Shown in pieces: positions 1 to 8,486 of a stretch of DNA of 21,625 bases. The position numbers and the translations under genes are program-made. Source of the stretch: a virus (Duplodnaviria; Heunggongvirae; Uroviricota; Caudoviricetes); the IMG/VR virus record IMGVR_UViG_2645727608_000013. One strand, given 5' to 3'. The notes under the pieces are model-generated. The model worked only from the letters and a program-made list of their open reading frames with translations. It ran no database searches and was not told the DNA's origin. How positions within the stretch are numbered: the stretch's first letter is position 1; the number at the start of each line of letters is the position of its first letter.

Positions 1-1164
1 TCACTCATCATCTTCTGTTTCGTACTCTACATCAGAAAGCCTGACCTCAAGCTCCAAGGACGTTGTGAAGCCGCTATTATTCAGAAAATGTGTCACCTTA
101 GTGATTGTCCAGTCCTGCTCGTCTATGACGCGCTTAAAGCCTGACACTTTAACCGGTGTTTCCGTGTAAATATCTGCCCGACCGGTAGCCAGGCTGATGG
201 AGAACTCCGCCACACCCCGTTGCAGTTTATCCCACTTCGCCTGAGCGGCGCGCATGGCCTGTGCTTTCGTGGCATATACCGTAGTCAGGGCAAAAACGTT
301 GTCAGCCTCACCGGCCATGTATTCACCTTCGCGCGCTTCCGGTACTTTTGGCGCTTTCTTCTGCGTGACCGGTTTTGCTTTCGGGTGCTCCAGTGCGCGC
401 AGGTGTTTTTCTTTCTTTTTGCGTTTCAGTTTTACCTTCTGCTTTTGCGGCTTCGGGTCTTTGGTGTGTAACCACTTTGCCGTTACGCCGGTATAGGCTC
501 CACGATCAGCAATCGCAAAATGATGACGGTCACCGTCGCTGCGGGTGATGGTAATCTGCGGGATTTTTTTACCGCTGGCAGTCACCCCCTGCCCCGCTTT
601 GAGAAACAGCAGTTTTCCCATTTTTACCGACACCTCACCGCCGTTGCGTTCAGCAAGACGGGTCAGGAATTTCGCATCAGACTCCTGCGACTGGTCGATG
701 TGCGGGATTTTAATTCCGGCCAGTGACGGAGCAACACGGGCTTCCAGCCTGTTACGGGAGGCTATCGCCTCAACAATCGCACCGAGCGTGGTGTCATGCC
801 AGGAGCCTTCCCGGCGGGAATTGAGCGTCCCGCGAAAATCTGCACTCCGGGCGCGGATGGTGACCACATCCGGCGCGCCCCGGTGTTCAACCTCATCAAC
901 GGTAAATTTCCCTTTGCATACCAGGGCAAAACCTTTCCAGCCGATATACACCGTCAGGACAGCGCCACGAACCGGCAGCCCGACCTGCCCGTCGGCATCG
1001 TTCAGTTCAATATCAAGCTGGTCAGCCTCAAAGCCCCGGTTATCCGTCAGGGTCATGCTCATCAGACGGTCGCTGATATTGCCGGTAATATCCCTGCTGT
1101 CGAGCATCAGCATGTAATCCGGCGTCAGCGTACTGCCTGCATCAAATGTCAGCGTATCCAGCAT
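1..1164 (-). CDS. D: Phage tail protein D (P2 gpD-like); complete, stop codon at window positions 1-3
   Basis: 387-aa ORF, same length as P2 gpD and recognisably the same sequence from memory; lies last in the FI-FII-E-T-U-D order; start ATG overlaps the U stop (ATGA). Confidence 0.9.
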   Translation of the reverse strand: MLDTLTFDAGSTLTPDYMLMLDSRDITGNISDRLMSMTLTDNRGFEADQLDIELNDADGQVGLPVRGAVLTVYIGWKGFALVCKGKFTVDEVEHRGAPDVVTIRARSADFRGTLNSRREGSWHDTTLGAIVEAIASRNRLEARVAPSLAGIKIPHIDQSQESDAKFLTRLAERNGGEVSVKMGKLLFLKAGQGVTASGKKIPQITITRSDGDRHHFAIADRGAYTGVTAKWLHTKDPKPQKQKVKLKRKKKEKHLRALEHPKAKPVTQKKAPKVPEAREGEYMAGEADNVFALTTVYATKAQAMRAAQAKWDKLQRGVAEFSISLATGRADIYTETPVKVSGFKRVIDEQDWTITKVTHFLNNSGFTTSLELEVRLSDVEYETEDDE

Positions 1165-1643
1165 TATCCCGCCCCCGTCATACCCGTGAATTTAGTTGCC
1201 ATACTGCCCGCCTTACCGATGAGCGATTCCGCCTGTTTACCGATATCGCCATAAAGCGCGGCCAGTGATTCATCAACGCGGGTAAGTGACAGCGTAAAAT
1301 CAATTTTCCGGGGTGTGCCGTCTGCAAAGAAAATACTCCCTGTTTCACTCACCCTGCTGATGACATACATGCCGTAAATCATGCCTGTGCCATCCAGCAA
1401 CGGCCACGCCCGGCCTTCCTCAGCCATCAGCCTGAGCGTGGTCATCGTCAGCTTGCCGCCGGTCAGTTCGGGATAAAGCACACCGGCAAGCGTGATATTT
1501 TCCTCGCCAACACCGAGAAACTGAAAGGCATCCCGTTTACCGATACGGGAATTTGACGGCCAGCGATAATCTGATTCACGCTGCATGGTCTGGTGTGGCA
1601 GCGTCTGGCGCATAAAAACAAACATACCTAACGCGAGCATCAT
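1164..1643 (-). CDS. U: Phage tail protein U (P2 gpU-like)
   Basis: 159-aa ORF matching P2 gpU in length and sequence; sits between tape measure T and D. Confidence 0.9.
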   Translation of the reverse strand: MMLALGMFVFMRQTLPHQTMQRESDYRWPSNSRIGKRDAFQFLGVGEENITLAGVLYPELTGGKLTMTTLRLMAEEGRAWPLLDGTGMIYGMYVISRVSETGSIFFADGTPRKIDFTLSLTRVDESLAALYGDIGKQAESLIGKAGSMATKFTGMTGAG

Positions 1644-1657
1644 TTTTCGTCACCTCC

Positions 1658-4105
1658 TTAACCGTCATGCATCATGCTGGCACGGGCACGCGCACGTTTA
1701 TCCCGCTCGTATTTTTCGAGCGCATCCTGTAACTGGCGGTCAAGCTGTGTCCCCGGCGCAGTACCACCCGTCAGGCTGATGTGATATTCGTTTTTACTCT
1801 GGTCCACATAAGAGCGGCCAGCCGGTGCCGAGACTGGCTGATAAGCCTGATAGCCTGCATAAGAGCTGGTCGCCGGAATATAACCACCGGTGCCATACGT
1901 GGCGGCATGAGTTCTGGCGGCGGTCTGGTCAAGTGTGTCTGACTCTTTGTTGATGACCCCGAGTTTTTCCAGTACCCAGTCAATACCGCTGCGCAGTTTG
2001 TTGAACGCATTAAGCGGCAGCATCAGCGCGTCAGCCAGTGCCTGCCCGAACATGACGCCCGTATCACGGCAACGGTTCAGGGTGTCCTGGGTGGCTTTGA
2101 CCGGGGCAATCAGGTTTTTAAACCACTGCCACGCGGCCTGTAACTTTTCGCCCAGCCAGTCAAACACCGGCTTAAGTGGCGTGAACAGTTCCCCCACCGG
2201 CGCAAATGCCGCTTTCAGCCCTTCAACCACACCGCCAAAGAATGCGCTGACAGGCTCCCAGTATTTACGGATAAGCAACGCCCCGGCGACAATGGCGGTC
2301 ACCACGGCCACAACCGGCCAGCTAATCGCCCCGATGGCCGTCATAACAGCACTACCAACCGTCGTGAAGATTGCCCCCATTGCGCCTGCTACCGCGATAA
2401 TGGCATTGATGCCGGTGATAACCGGCCAGGCTACAAGACCAATGGCACCGATGATGCCAGTAAGCGCCAGCGCGCCACCGACAATGAGGCCGATGGTTGA
2501 CGCCAGTGATTTGTTTTTCTGGATCCAGCCGTCGAGTTTTAACACATACTTTGTGGCCGTCTGCGTGAGCTTACGCAGTGCGCCTTCCTGCTGGTCAAAC
2601 AGGTCAGTCCCCACCGCCTCATAAGCGGACTGAAACTCCTTAAAGTCACCGCCGAGGTTGTCCTGCATGATATTTACCAGTTCTGCGGTCTTTCCGTCTG
2701 AGGCTTTAAACGCAGCGGTCAGTTTGTCCAGCTTTCCGGTTGACGCGGCAGTCATCAGCACAGCGGCGGCTGAGCTGGCCTCCTCCCCGAAAATGGTTTT
2801 CATGTATTCGGCCTGCTGGGCAGTACCGAGCCGTTTTTTCTCAAAACTGGCCTGCATTTCTTTCAGAATGGTAAATACTGGTCGGATGTTTCCCTTGCTG
2901 TCTGAGGTTTTCACACCAAGCTCTTTCAGTGCATCCCACGCTTTTCCCGTCGGTGCCTGCAGGCGACTTAACACGGCACGGCTTCCCGTCCCCGCCATTG
3001 AGCCTGTGATTTTTGCATCATGCAGCGCCCCGACCATTGCGGCGGTTTCTTCAATGCTGACACCGGCATTTTTTGCCACAGGTGCGGCATAGGTCAGCGC
3101 ATCGCTCATGCCGTCAAAATCGGCGGCGGTTTTGTTCATCGTCATGGAGAGAACATCCCCGATATGAGCGACCTTATCGTTTGAAAGCTGAAAGGCGGAT
3201 TTCATCCCCATCAGCAGGGCGGCGTTTTCTTCCATCGTGCGGCGGTTCGCCAGCGCCATATTCAGCGTGACCGGCGTTGCCGCCTGAATGGCATCAACAT
3301 CTCCACCCGCTTTCGCAATGATAATCTGCGCACCGGCCGCATCATCCGCTGAGGCGGCGGTATTGTCACCGAGCTGGCGCGCCTGCTTGCGTAGTGCAGC
3401 CATTTCGGCGGAGTCTTTTGCCACACCGAGCACAGCCTGCAATTCTGAGTTTTTCTGCGCAAACTCATAACCGGGCATCAGCAGCTTAACTCCGGCCATC
3501 GTTCCCGCAGCAGCAATCCCCACACCGGCAGCGCCCACTGAGGCCATATTTCCTGCCAGTTCTTTTCCGGCCTGATAACGCTGTTTGACTGCGTTAAGTT
3601 TTGCCTGTTGTGCACTGACACGCGCCAGTGCGTCGCGCTGACGGTTAAGCTGTGCGGTGGTTTCACTGATACGGTTTTTCAGCCCCTGCTCATCATGTGC
3701 AAGATTGCGGGTATTAATTCCCACAGCGGCCAGTTCCCGCTGCTGGCGTTTAACGGAATCCGTCAGGCGGTTATATTTCGCCTGTAAGTCTTCCGCCGCT
3801 CGCTTTGCTGATTCCAGCACTTTCGCCTGAGCACGGGTCGGACGTTCGGTGTTTTTAAACTGTGTGGCAAGGGCTTCGGCTTCCTGCCGTGCCTTTTCAA
3901 GTGCATGACCAGTCACGGCGAGCTGTGCACTGGTCTTGCGAAATCCCTCAATACGGGATGCGTGACCGTTCAGCTCGCGCAGTGATTTTTGTGTTTCCCG
4001 GATATCCCCCGACAGCGACTTACTCGCTGTACGGATGGATTTAAACGGGCGGGATGCCTGGTCAACAGCCCTGAGCAATACCTGTAATTTTACATTGTTA
4101 CTCAT
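1658..4105 (-). CDS. T: Tail tape measure protein (P2 gpT-like)
   Basis: 815-aa ORF, same length as P2 gpT; Ala/Gly-rich hydrophobic central segment and coiled-coil-like N-terminal third typical of tape measure proteins; immediately downstream of E/E'. Confidence 0.9.
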   Translation of the reverse strand: MSNNVKLQVLLRAVDQASRPFKSIRTASKSLSGDIRETQKSLRELNGHASRIEGFRKTSAQLAVTGHALEKARQEAEALATQFKNTERPTRAQAKVLESAKRAAEDLQAKYNRLTDSVKRQQRELAAVGINTRNLAHDEQGLKNRISETTAQLNRQRDALARVSAQQAKLNAVKQRYQAGKELAGNMASVGAAGVGIAAAGTMAGVKLLMPGYEFAQKNSELQAVLGVAKDSAEMAALRKQARQLGDNTAASADDAAGAQIIIAKAGGDVDAIQAATPVTLNMALANRRTMEENAALLMGMKSAFQLSNDKVAHIGDVLSMTMNKTAADFDGMSDALTYAAPVAKNAGVSIEETAAMVGALHDAKITGSMAGTGSRAVLSRLQAPTGKAWDALKELGVKTSDSKGNIRPVFTILKEMQASFEKKRLGTAQQAEYMKTIFGEEASSAAAVLMTAASTGKLDKLTAAFKASDGKTAELVNIMQDNLGGDFKEFQSAYEAVGTDLFDQQEGALRKLTQTATKYVLKLDGWIQKNKSLASTIGLIVGGALALTGIIGAIGLVAWPVITGINAIIAVAGAMGAIFTTVGSAVMTAIGAISWPVVAVVTAIVAGALLIRKYWEPVSAFFGGVVEGLKAAFAPVGELFTPLKPVFDWLGEKLQAAWQWFKNLIAPVKATQDTLNRCRDTGVMFGQALADALMLPLNAFNKLRSGIDWVLEKLGVINKESDTLDQTAARTHAATYGTGGYIPATSSYAGYQAYQPVSAPAGRSYVDQSKNEYHISLTGGTAPGTQLDRQLQDALEKYERDKRARARASMMHDG

Positions 4106-4525
4106 TCGTGTTTCCGCTTCGCCGGAGCGCCTTTTCGCGCCATGTGATGAGTTCGGTCAGGCTCATGGGATACAGTTCTGATGGCGGCCAGTGAAATATC
4201 ACTGCCACATCCGCCATCAGGTCATCGACCGACAGATTTTTCGGAAACGTCACTGCACCGAGTTCGGCGACAAAAAACCGACCACCTTACCGGCCAGCGC
4301 CACAAGGTCAGGCAGTTCCAGTGCGGCGACTTCCTGCTCGGTCAGCATCGGTGCCGTCATGCGCGGCAGCACCTTAATCAGTGCATCGACTTCGGAGTTC
4401 GCGACCGCAGCCAGACTGACACCGCGCAGCGTCCCGGCACTGGGTTTCATCAGCGTGACTTGTTCGATAACCTGCTCACCACGTTTGACCGGATTGTCCA
4501 GGGTAATCACATTTTCTTTGTTCAT
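4098..4525 (-). CDS. E+E': Tail assembly chaperone E+E' made by programmed -1 ribosomal frameshift at 4271..4277
   Basis: Hand translation of the -1 frame after the TTT TTG codons gives a 57-aa extension (VAELGAVTFPKNLSVDDLMADVAVIFHWPPSELYPMSLTELITWREKALRRSGNTNE) ending at TAA 4098..4100, total 142 aa, the length of P2 E+E'; the extension overlaps the T start codon. Confidence 0.8.
4250..4525 (-). CDS. E: Tail assembly chaperone E (P2 gpE-like), zero-frame product
   Basis: 91-aa ORF ending ...GFLSPNSVQ; the slippery heptamer lies at codons 84-85; position between FII and T. Confidence 0.9.
   Translation of the reverse strand: MNKENVITLDNPVKRGEQVIEQVTLMKPSAGTLRGVSLAAVANSEVDALIKVLPRMTAPMLTEQEVAALELPDLVALAGKVVGFLSPNSVQ
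4271..4277 (-). other. Slippery heptamer T_TTT_TTG for the E to E+E' -1 frameshift
   Basis: Plus strand reads caaaaaa at 4271..4277; on the minus strand in the E frame this is GG[T TTT TTG], an X_XXY_YYZ slippery site. Confidence 0.8.
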
Positions 4526-4581
4526 GGTTTTCTCACTTATGAATCGGGGTTAACCGGTCAGCCAGGCTGACCGGATGAAAA

Positions 4582-5100
4582 TCACAGGCCGATATTGCGG
4601 CGGTGTTGCTCCAGCCGGTCGACGCCGTTCACCTTCTCAATCATGTTGATGGTGTCGATTTCGACCAGCTCCTTACCGTCCATCGTCAGCCGGAAATAGG
4701 TGCAGACCACGGAGATTTTCGACTCGGTGTCTTCTCCCTGTTTACCCTCGCCGGTGTCGATTTCTTTCTGACGTCCACGCATGACCACCTCGACGGCCAC
4801 CGTTTCGCCGGTATCGTCACGCTGGTAAGAGCCTGCAAAACGAATCGGCACAGCATCCACACCGGTTGCGGCGTAAAGCTCCCAGATAACCGAATCCGGG
4901 AAGCCCCCGAGCGACCACTCCATTGACAGCGCATCGTCATCAAGGCCGAGGTCTACCGGTGCGCTGCCGTTCATTCCCGCACCGCGATAGTTTTCGAGCT
5001 TACGGGTCAGTTTTGGCAGCGTGACGGACTTTGCAACGCCCTGATAGCTGTAGCCGTTCAGAAAGACGTTCATTAACTTGAGTTTGCGCGGCATTGCCAT
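4582..5100 (-). CDS. FII: Tail tube protein (P2 gpFII-like)
   Basis: 172-aa ORF matching P2 FII in size and sequence; directly downstream of FI. Confidence 0.9.
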   Translation of the reverse strand: MAMPRKLKLMNVFLNGYSYQGVAKSVTLPKLTRKLENYRGAGMNGSAPVDLGLDDDALSMEWSLGGFPDSVIWELYAATGVDAVPIRFAGSYQRDDTGETVAVEVVMRGRQKEIDTGEGKQGEDTESKISVVCTYFRLTMDGKELVEIDTINMIEKVNGVDRLEQHRRNIGL

Positions 5101-5112
5101 CGGTCAAGCTCC

Positions 5113-6303
5113 TTAATTGCTGTTAACCGAAGTGACCAGATTTGCCAGGTATTTATCGGTAATACGCTGGCGCAGGGTCAGGTTTTCGAGAGGAGGCACC
5201 GGTGTATAGTCGTAGTCGATATACAGTTTTCCGGCCTTGAGGGTTTCCGCATCATTGGATTCTTCGCTGAACCAGCAGGTCGCATCCACGATATAGCCGT
5301 TTGTTTTCAGCTCACGGAATTTGGCATTGATGCCGTCAACGATGTCGCGAATCAGCGTTGCAGTGATGGGCTTGTCCACCGCCCACATGTGCGCCTCAGC
5401 CATCGTGTCGGCCAGCACCTGCGCGGTGCGGGTGTAGTTTTCAAAGAGGAACAGCGGGTCATCAGAGCAGGTACGGTTACCCCAGAAGCGGAAACCGTCA
5501 CGGCGAATCAGCGTTGTGACACCTGACTCGTTCAACAGGTCAGCATCGGTGCCGGACTCCTGCAAATCCCAGAAAACAGAGGCACTGATGCCGGTAACAC
5601 CGTTTACCCCGACGTTGGACAGCGTTTTATGCCAGCCCTGCTCCTGGTCGATTTTAGCGCGCAGGCCCAGCGCACGGGCGGTGGCATACGCGGTGGCGGT
5701 GGTACTGGCGACCGTATCCCATGCGAGGAAATCCGGCCAGATGACCATCAGCTCACGCTGGCTGAAATTCTGGCGGTAGGCTTTCACCTCGGAAATGGTC
5801 TTACAGCCCCATGCGCTGATATACCCGAAAGCGCGCAGCTTCTGACAGACTGATGCCAGTGCAACAGCCACCTCTTTGGTGTCCAGTCCCGGCACGCCGA
5901 GAATACGCGGTTTAACACCGGTTACTGACTCCGCCGCCAGCAGGGCTTTCAGTCCGGTGTACTGACCGTTTTCGTCGGTGGTGCCGATGATATTGGAAAC
6001 GGTCTGCGCGAGTTTCGTTTCTTCGTCTTCGCCGGTGCCGTCTTCCACACGTACGACAACGGTGACCGGTTTTGACTGGTCAGCGATGGCCTGTAACGAC
6101 GCCGCCAGCGTGCCTTTTTTACCGGCCTTTGCAATTGCGCTCTGCACATTGGTAATCAGCACCGGTTTATTGAGGGGGAAGATTTCCGCATCCGCATCGC
6201 TGGCCGTGCAGACCATGCCAACAATGGCGGTGGATACGGTGGAAATGACGCGGGTGCCGTCGTTAATCTCCTGCACCTGCACGCCGTGATGATAGTCACT
6301 CAT
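5113..6303 (-). CDS. FI: Contractile tail sheath protein (P2 gpFI-like)
   Basis: 396-aa ORF matching P2 FI; GGAG Shine-Dalgarno 8 nt upstream of the ATG (minus strand, 6312..6315). Confidence 0.9.
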   Translation of the reverse strand: MSDYHHGVQVQEINDGTRVISTVSTAIVGMVCTASDADAEIFPLNKPVLITNVQSAIAKAGKKGTLAASLQAIADQSKPVTVVVRVEDGTGEDEETKLAQTVSNIIGTTDENGQYTGLKALLAAESVTGVKPRILGVPGLDTKEVAVALASVCQKLRAFGYISAWGCKTISEVKAYRQNFSQRELMVIWPDFLAWDTVASTTATAYATARALGLRAKIDQEQGWHKTLSNVGVNGVTGISASVFWDLQESGTDADLLNESGVTTLIRRDGFRFWGNRTCSDDPLFLFENYTRTAQVLADTMAEAHMWAVDKPITATLIRDIVDGINAKFRELKTNGYIVDATCWFSEESNDAETLKAGKLYIDYDYTPVPPLENLTLRQRITDKYLANLVTSVNSN

Positions 6304-6375
6304 CCGTTTAACTCCGTGGTTAATGGGTGCAACTATTTTCTGTTGGGCAGTGCATAAGACGCTATTTGACCTGAC

Positions 6376-6393
6376 TGGTCAGTGGATGAAACA
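6376..6393 (-). promoter_or_regulatory. Candidate Ogr-type late-promoter activator site upstream of FI (TGT-N12-CCA, one mismatch to the TGT-N12-ACA dyad)
   Basis: Minus strand reads TGT-N12-CCA at 6393..6376, centred about 82 nt upstream of the FI ATG, which is about -55 if the transcript starts ~25-30 nt upstream of the ATG; P2 late promoters carry a TGT-N12-ACA element near -55 (recalled, not verified). Confidence 0.3.
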
Positions 6394-6394
6394 A

Positions 6395-6427
6395 CAGATT
6401 AAAGAAAAGGCGGGCAACTCGCCCGCC
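6395..6427 (-). terminator. Rho-independent terminator on the minus strand (GGCGGGC-GAGUU-GCCCGCC followed by UUUUCUUU)
   Basis: Perfect 7-bp GC stem at 6409..6415 / 6421..6427 with a 5-nt loop; on the minus strand it is followed by a T-rich run (plus strand 6395..6408 = cagattaaagaaaa). It sits between the AT-rich cargo segment and the FI promoter region. Confidence 0.55.
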
Positions 6428-6621
6428 CGTCCTGATTTGTACTCACTCATTTTTCAACTGACAATTTACATAGCCCAAACGCTATCAAATCTGACAGCCT
6501 ATTTTGAGCGAAAAGCAGACATTAGCATCCTTCTTATAGAAAAGGTAAACCTGCTTCTATTTGTTAATCAATAGAGAGTAAGTCACAATGGCAGATACGA
6601 ATATCGGCTGGAGAAATTAAA

Positions 6622-7704
6622 TTGAAACCAGAGCAAATGAAAAACAGGGAAGAATTAACTAGCTTTGCAACGAAACTTGCTACTCAAATCAAGATGCAAA
6701 CCAGCAGCAATTTAAATGATCTTTCTACAGCCCAAGAGAGCTCGCTATTGCCTCTAATCAATCATGCCTGGGGAGAGCAGTTTGAGGATATGAATAGGAT
6801 ATCCCAAAACTACCCTGGTCTCGACTATGTGCAACCGGGAAAGCGCTTAGGTTTGCAAATGACTGCCACTGCAAGAAAGGTTAAGTATCAGAAAACATTA
6901 GACAAACTTCGAAATAATGAGAAGTTAAAGGGTAAGTTTGACGAGATTTGGTTTTTCGTCCTCACGGCTGAACGCCTACCTGATAACGTACGTGAACACC
7001 CTGACGATTTTCAGTGCAAATATTTCACATTGTACGACCTAGTCGAAAAGGTAATGGGACAGACTTTAGAATTTCAGCGTGATTTTTTGACCCTTGCCCG
7101 GAAAGAATACTCGGATTATTTCTCTCCTGGGGACGTTGCTTTCAATCAGGGGTATTGTGTATCAGAAAACAAGCCGATCCCCTTTGACTTGAGTCTTTTC
7201 AACGCGTTAATTCATACTAATGAATGGTTTGATGATGTTGACGAAGGTGAGCAGATCGTATATGAATTTCTAGAACTTTTTAAAAATAGACTGCGTCAAT
7301 GCACTTTATCTGCTAGAAATCTTTTAAGCAAAATTATCAGTGAGATAAATATACCGAAGAGTACAAGCACGAAAATCGAGTTTCCTGAAAAGCAACTTTT
7401 CGGGCCACTAATGATTGACGATACAAACTATCAATCTTTTTCAAAAGACCTTGATGATTTGTTCGAGATGAGTCTTATTGAACGATGGGACAATTATGTT
7501 GGAATGTACTATAAGGGTGATGATGCATATATCAAAAATGAACGTATGATCAGCGTGTCATTTCCAAAGATTGAACCCGAAATGAATCTGTATGCGGCGT
7601 TATATATCTTTTATGAAAAAAATCATGATATTGCAAAACTTGTGAACGCAATTGAAAATAGTGATTTTTCTCTGCTCGCTGACAGCACTTGCCAAAATAA
7701 TTAG
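6622..7704 (+). CDS. Uncharacterised 360-aa protein occupying the P2 Z/fun hotspot; candidate anti-phage defence or exclusion gene
   Basis: Only long ORF in the ~1.65 kb between FI and G; opposite strand to the flanking late genes; visibly AT-rich against a GC-rich backbone; probable TTG start at 6622 with GGAG 8 nt upstream (first ATG at 6637); acidic, no obvious transmembrane segment, no Walker A, no clear catalytic motif. Confidence 0.75.
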   Translation: MKPEQMKNREELTSFATKLATQIKMQTSSNLNDLSTAQESSLLPLINHAWGEQFEDMNRISQNYPGLDYVQPGKRLGLQMTATARKVKYQKTLDKLRNNEKLKGKFDEIWFFVLTAERLPDNVREHPDDFQCKYFTLYDLVEKVMGQTLEFQRDFLTLARKEYSDYFSPGDVAFNQGYCVSENKPIPFDLSLFNALIHTNEWFDDVDEGEQIVYEFLELFKNRLRQCTLSARNLLSKIISEINIPKSTSTKIEFPEKQLFGPLMIDDTNYQSFSKDLDDLFEMSLIERWDNYVGMYYKGDDAYIKNERMISVSFPKIEPEMNLYAALYIFYEKNHDIAKLVNAIENSDFSLLADSTCQNN

Positions 7705-7880
7705 TTAGTAAAAGGATGCATTTATGCTCTTAGTTACTCACTCTGTTGAATTTATTTTAAGTTATTAATATAGATATGGGCTTATATATCTTTAATAGAA
7801 ATGACTAGCGTGAAAAATATGGGGCTAACTGGTCTGCCTCTCTTTTGACCAAGACAATTTGCTGGAAAACTTCCGCTCTT

Positions 7881-7920
7881 GGCACAGAGCGGACTGTCAG
7901 ATTAGACTTTACTCTGTGCC
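7881..7920. other. Imperfect hairpin (9-bp stem GGCACAGAG / CTCTGTGCC, ~22-nt loop) between the cargo ORF and G; weak candidate terminator
   Basis: Inverted repeat at 7881..7889 and 7912..7920; no strong T-run on either side, so terminator function is uncertain. Confidence 0.25.
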
Positions 7921-7955
7921 ATAGATATGTAAGCTCCCACCAGAGCTCATACAAC

Positions 7956-8483
7956 TTACTGCGGCATTTCCGGCCATTCAGGATTTGCAGGATCCACACG
8001 GCTGACCAGAACACTGTAGCGTTCCCATGCCTCCAGTCGACTGCGCTCCTCATCTGTTGCCATATTCAGCCTGACAGCGCGCTCCAGCGGCAAAATCACG
8101 GATTCAGCTTCGGAAAGTAAAGTTGCCTTTTGTGATTCTGCCAGTTGCTGCTGTTCGTCTGCCGTATAAATCCGCTTAATCACGGCACCATCCTTAAACA
8201 TCCATTTACCTGAGTCATCAGCACGTCGGTTTGCGGTAATATCAGGAACCTCAACAACGCTAAAACCTTCAGGGTTAAGCGTTGAAGCATCTCTGGTGAT
8301 GCCGACAATTATATTATTCTCGTCGTAAACAATCTTTATCGTGTCTTCCTGAAAATTACTTACTTCCTCATACCATTTTTTTCCGTCTTCAGACCATAAC
8401 CAGATAACATCAAAATTTTTTGTCAGTTGATATTGGGCAACAGTTTTGGGATTACCCGCAGTAATATTTTTTAAATGCTGCAT
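7956..8483 (-). CDS. G: Tail fibre assembly chaperone (P2 gpG-like)
   Basis: 175-aa ORF, same length as P2 gpG; immediately downstream of H. Confidence 0.85.
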   Translation of the reverse strand: MQHLKNITAGNPKTVAQYQLTKNFDVIWLWSEDGKKWYEEVSNFQEDTIKIVYDENNIIVGITRDASTLNPEGFSVVEVPDITANRRADDSGKWMFKDGAVIKRIYTADEQQQLAESQKATLLSEAESVILPLERAVRLNMATDEERSRLEAWERYSVLVSRVDPANPEWPEMPQ

Positions 8484-8486
8484 AAA

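Noticed and set aside
6323-6574. 83-aa plus-strand ORF immediately upstream of the cargo gene; a possible second component of a two-gene system
   Set aside because: It starts inside the FI leader and promoter region, spans the GC-rich terminator hairpin and the composition boundary, and has no convincing ribosome-binding site; most likely a chance ORF, though a small partner protein cannot be excluded without expression data.
7724-7768. 14-codon ORF (MLLVTHSVEFILSY) with an AAGGA ribosome-binding site downstream of the cargo gene
   Set aside because: Too short to support from sequence alone; noted only as a possible leader or micropeptide.
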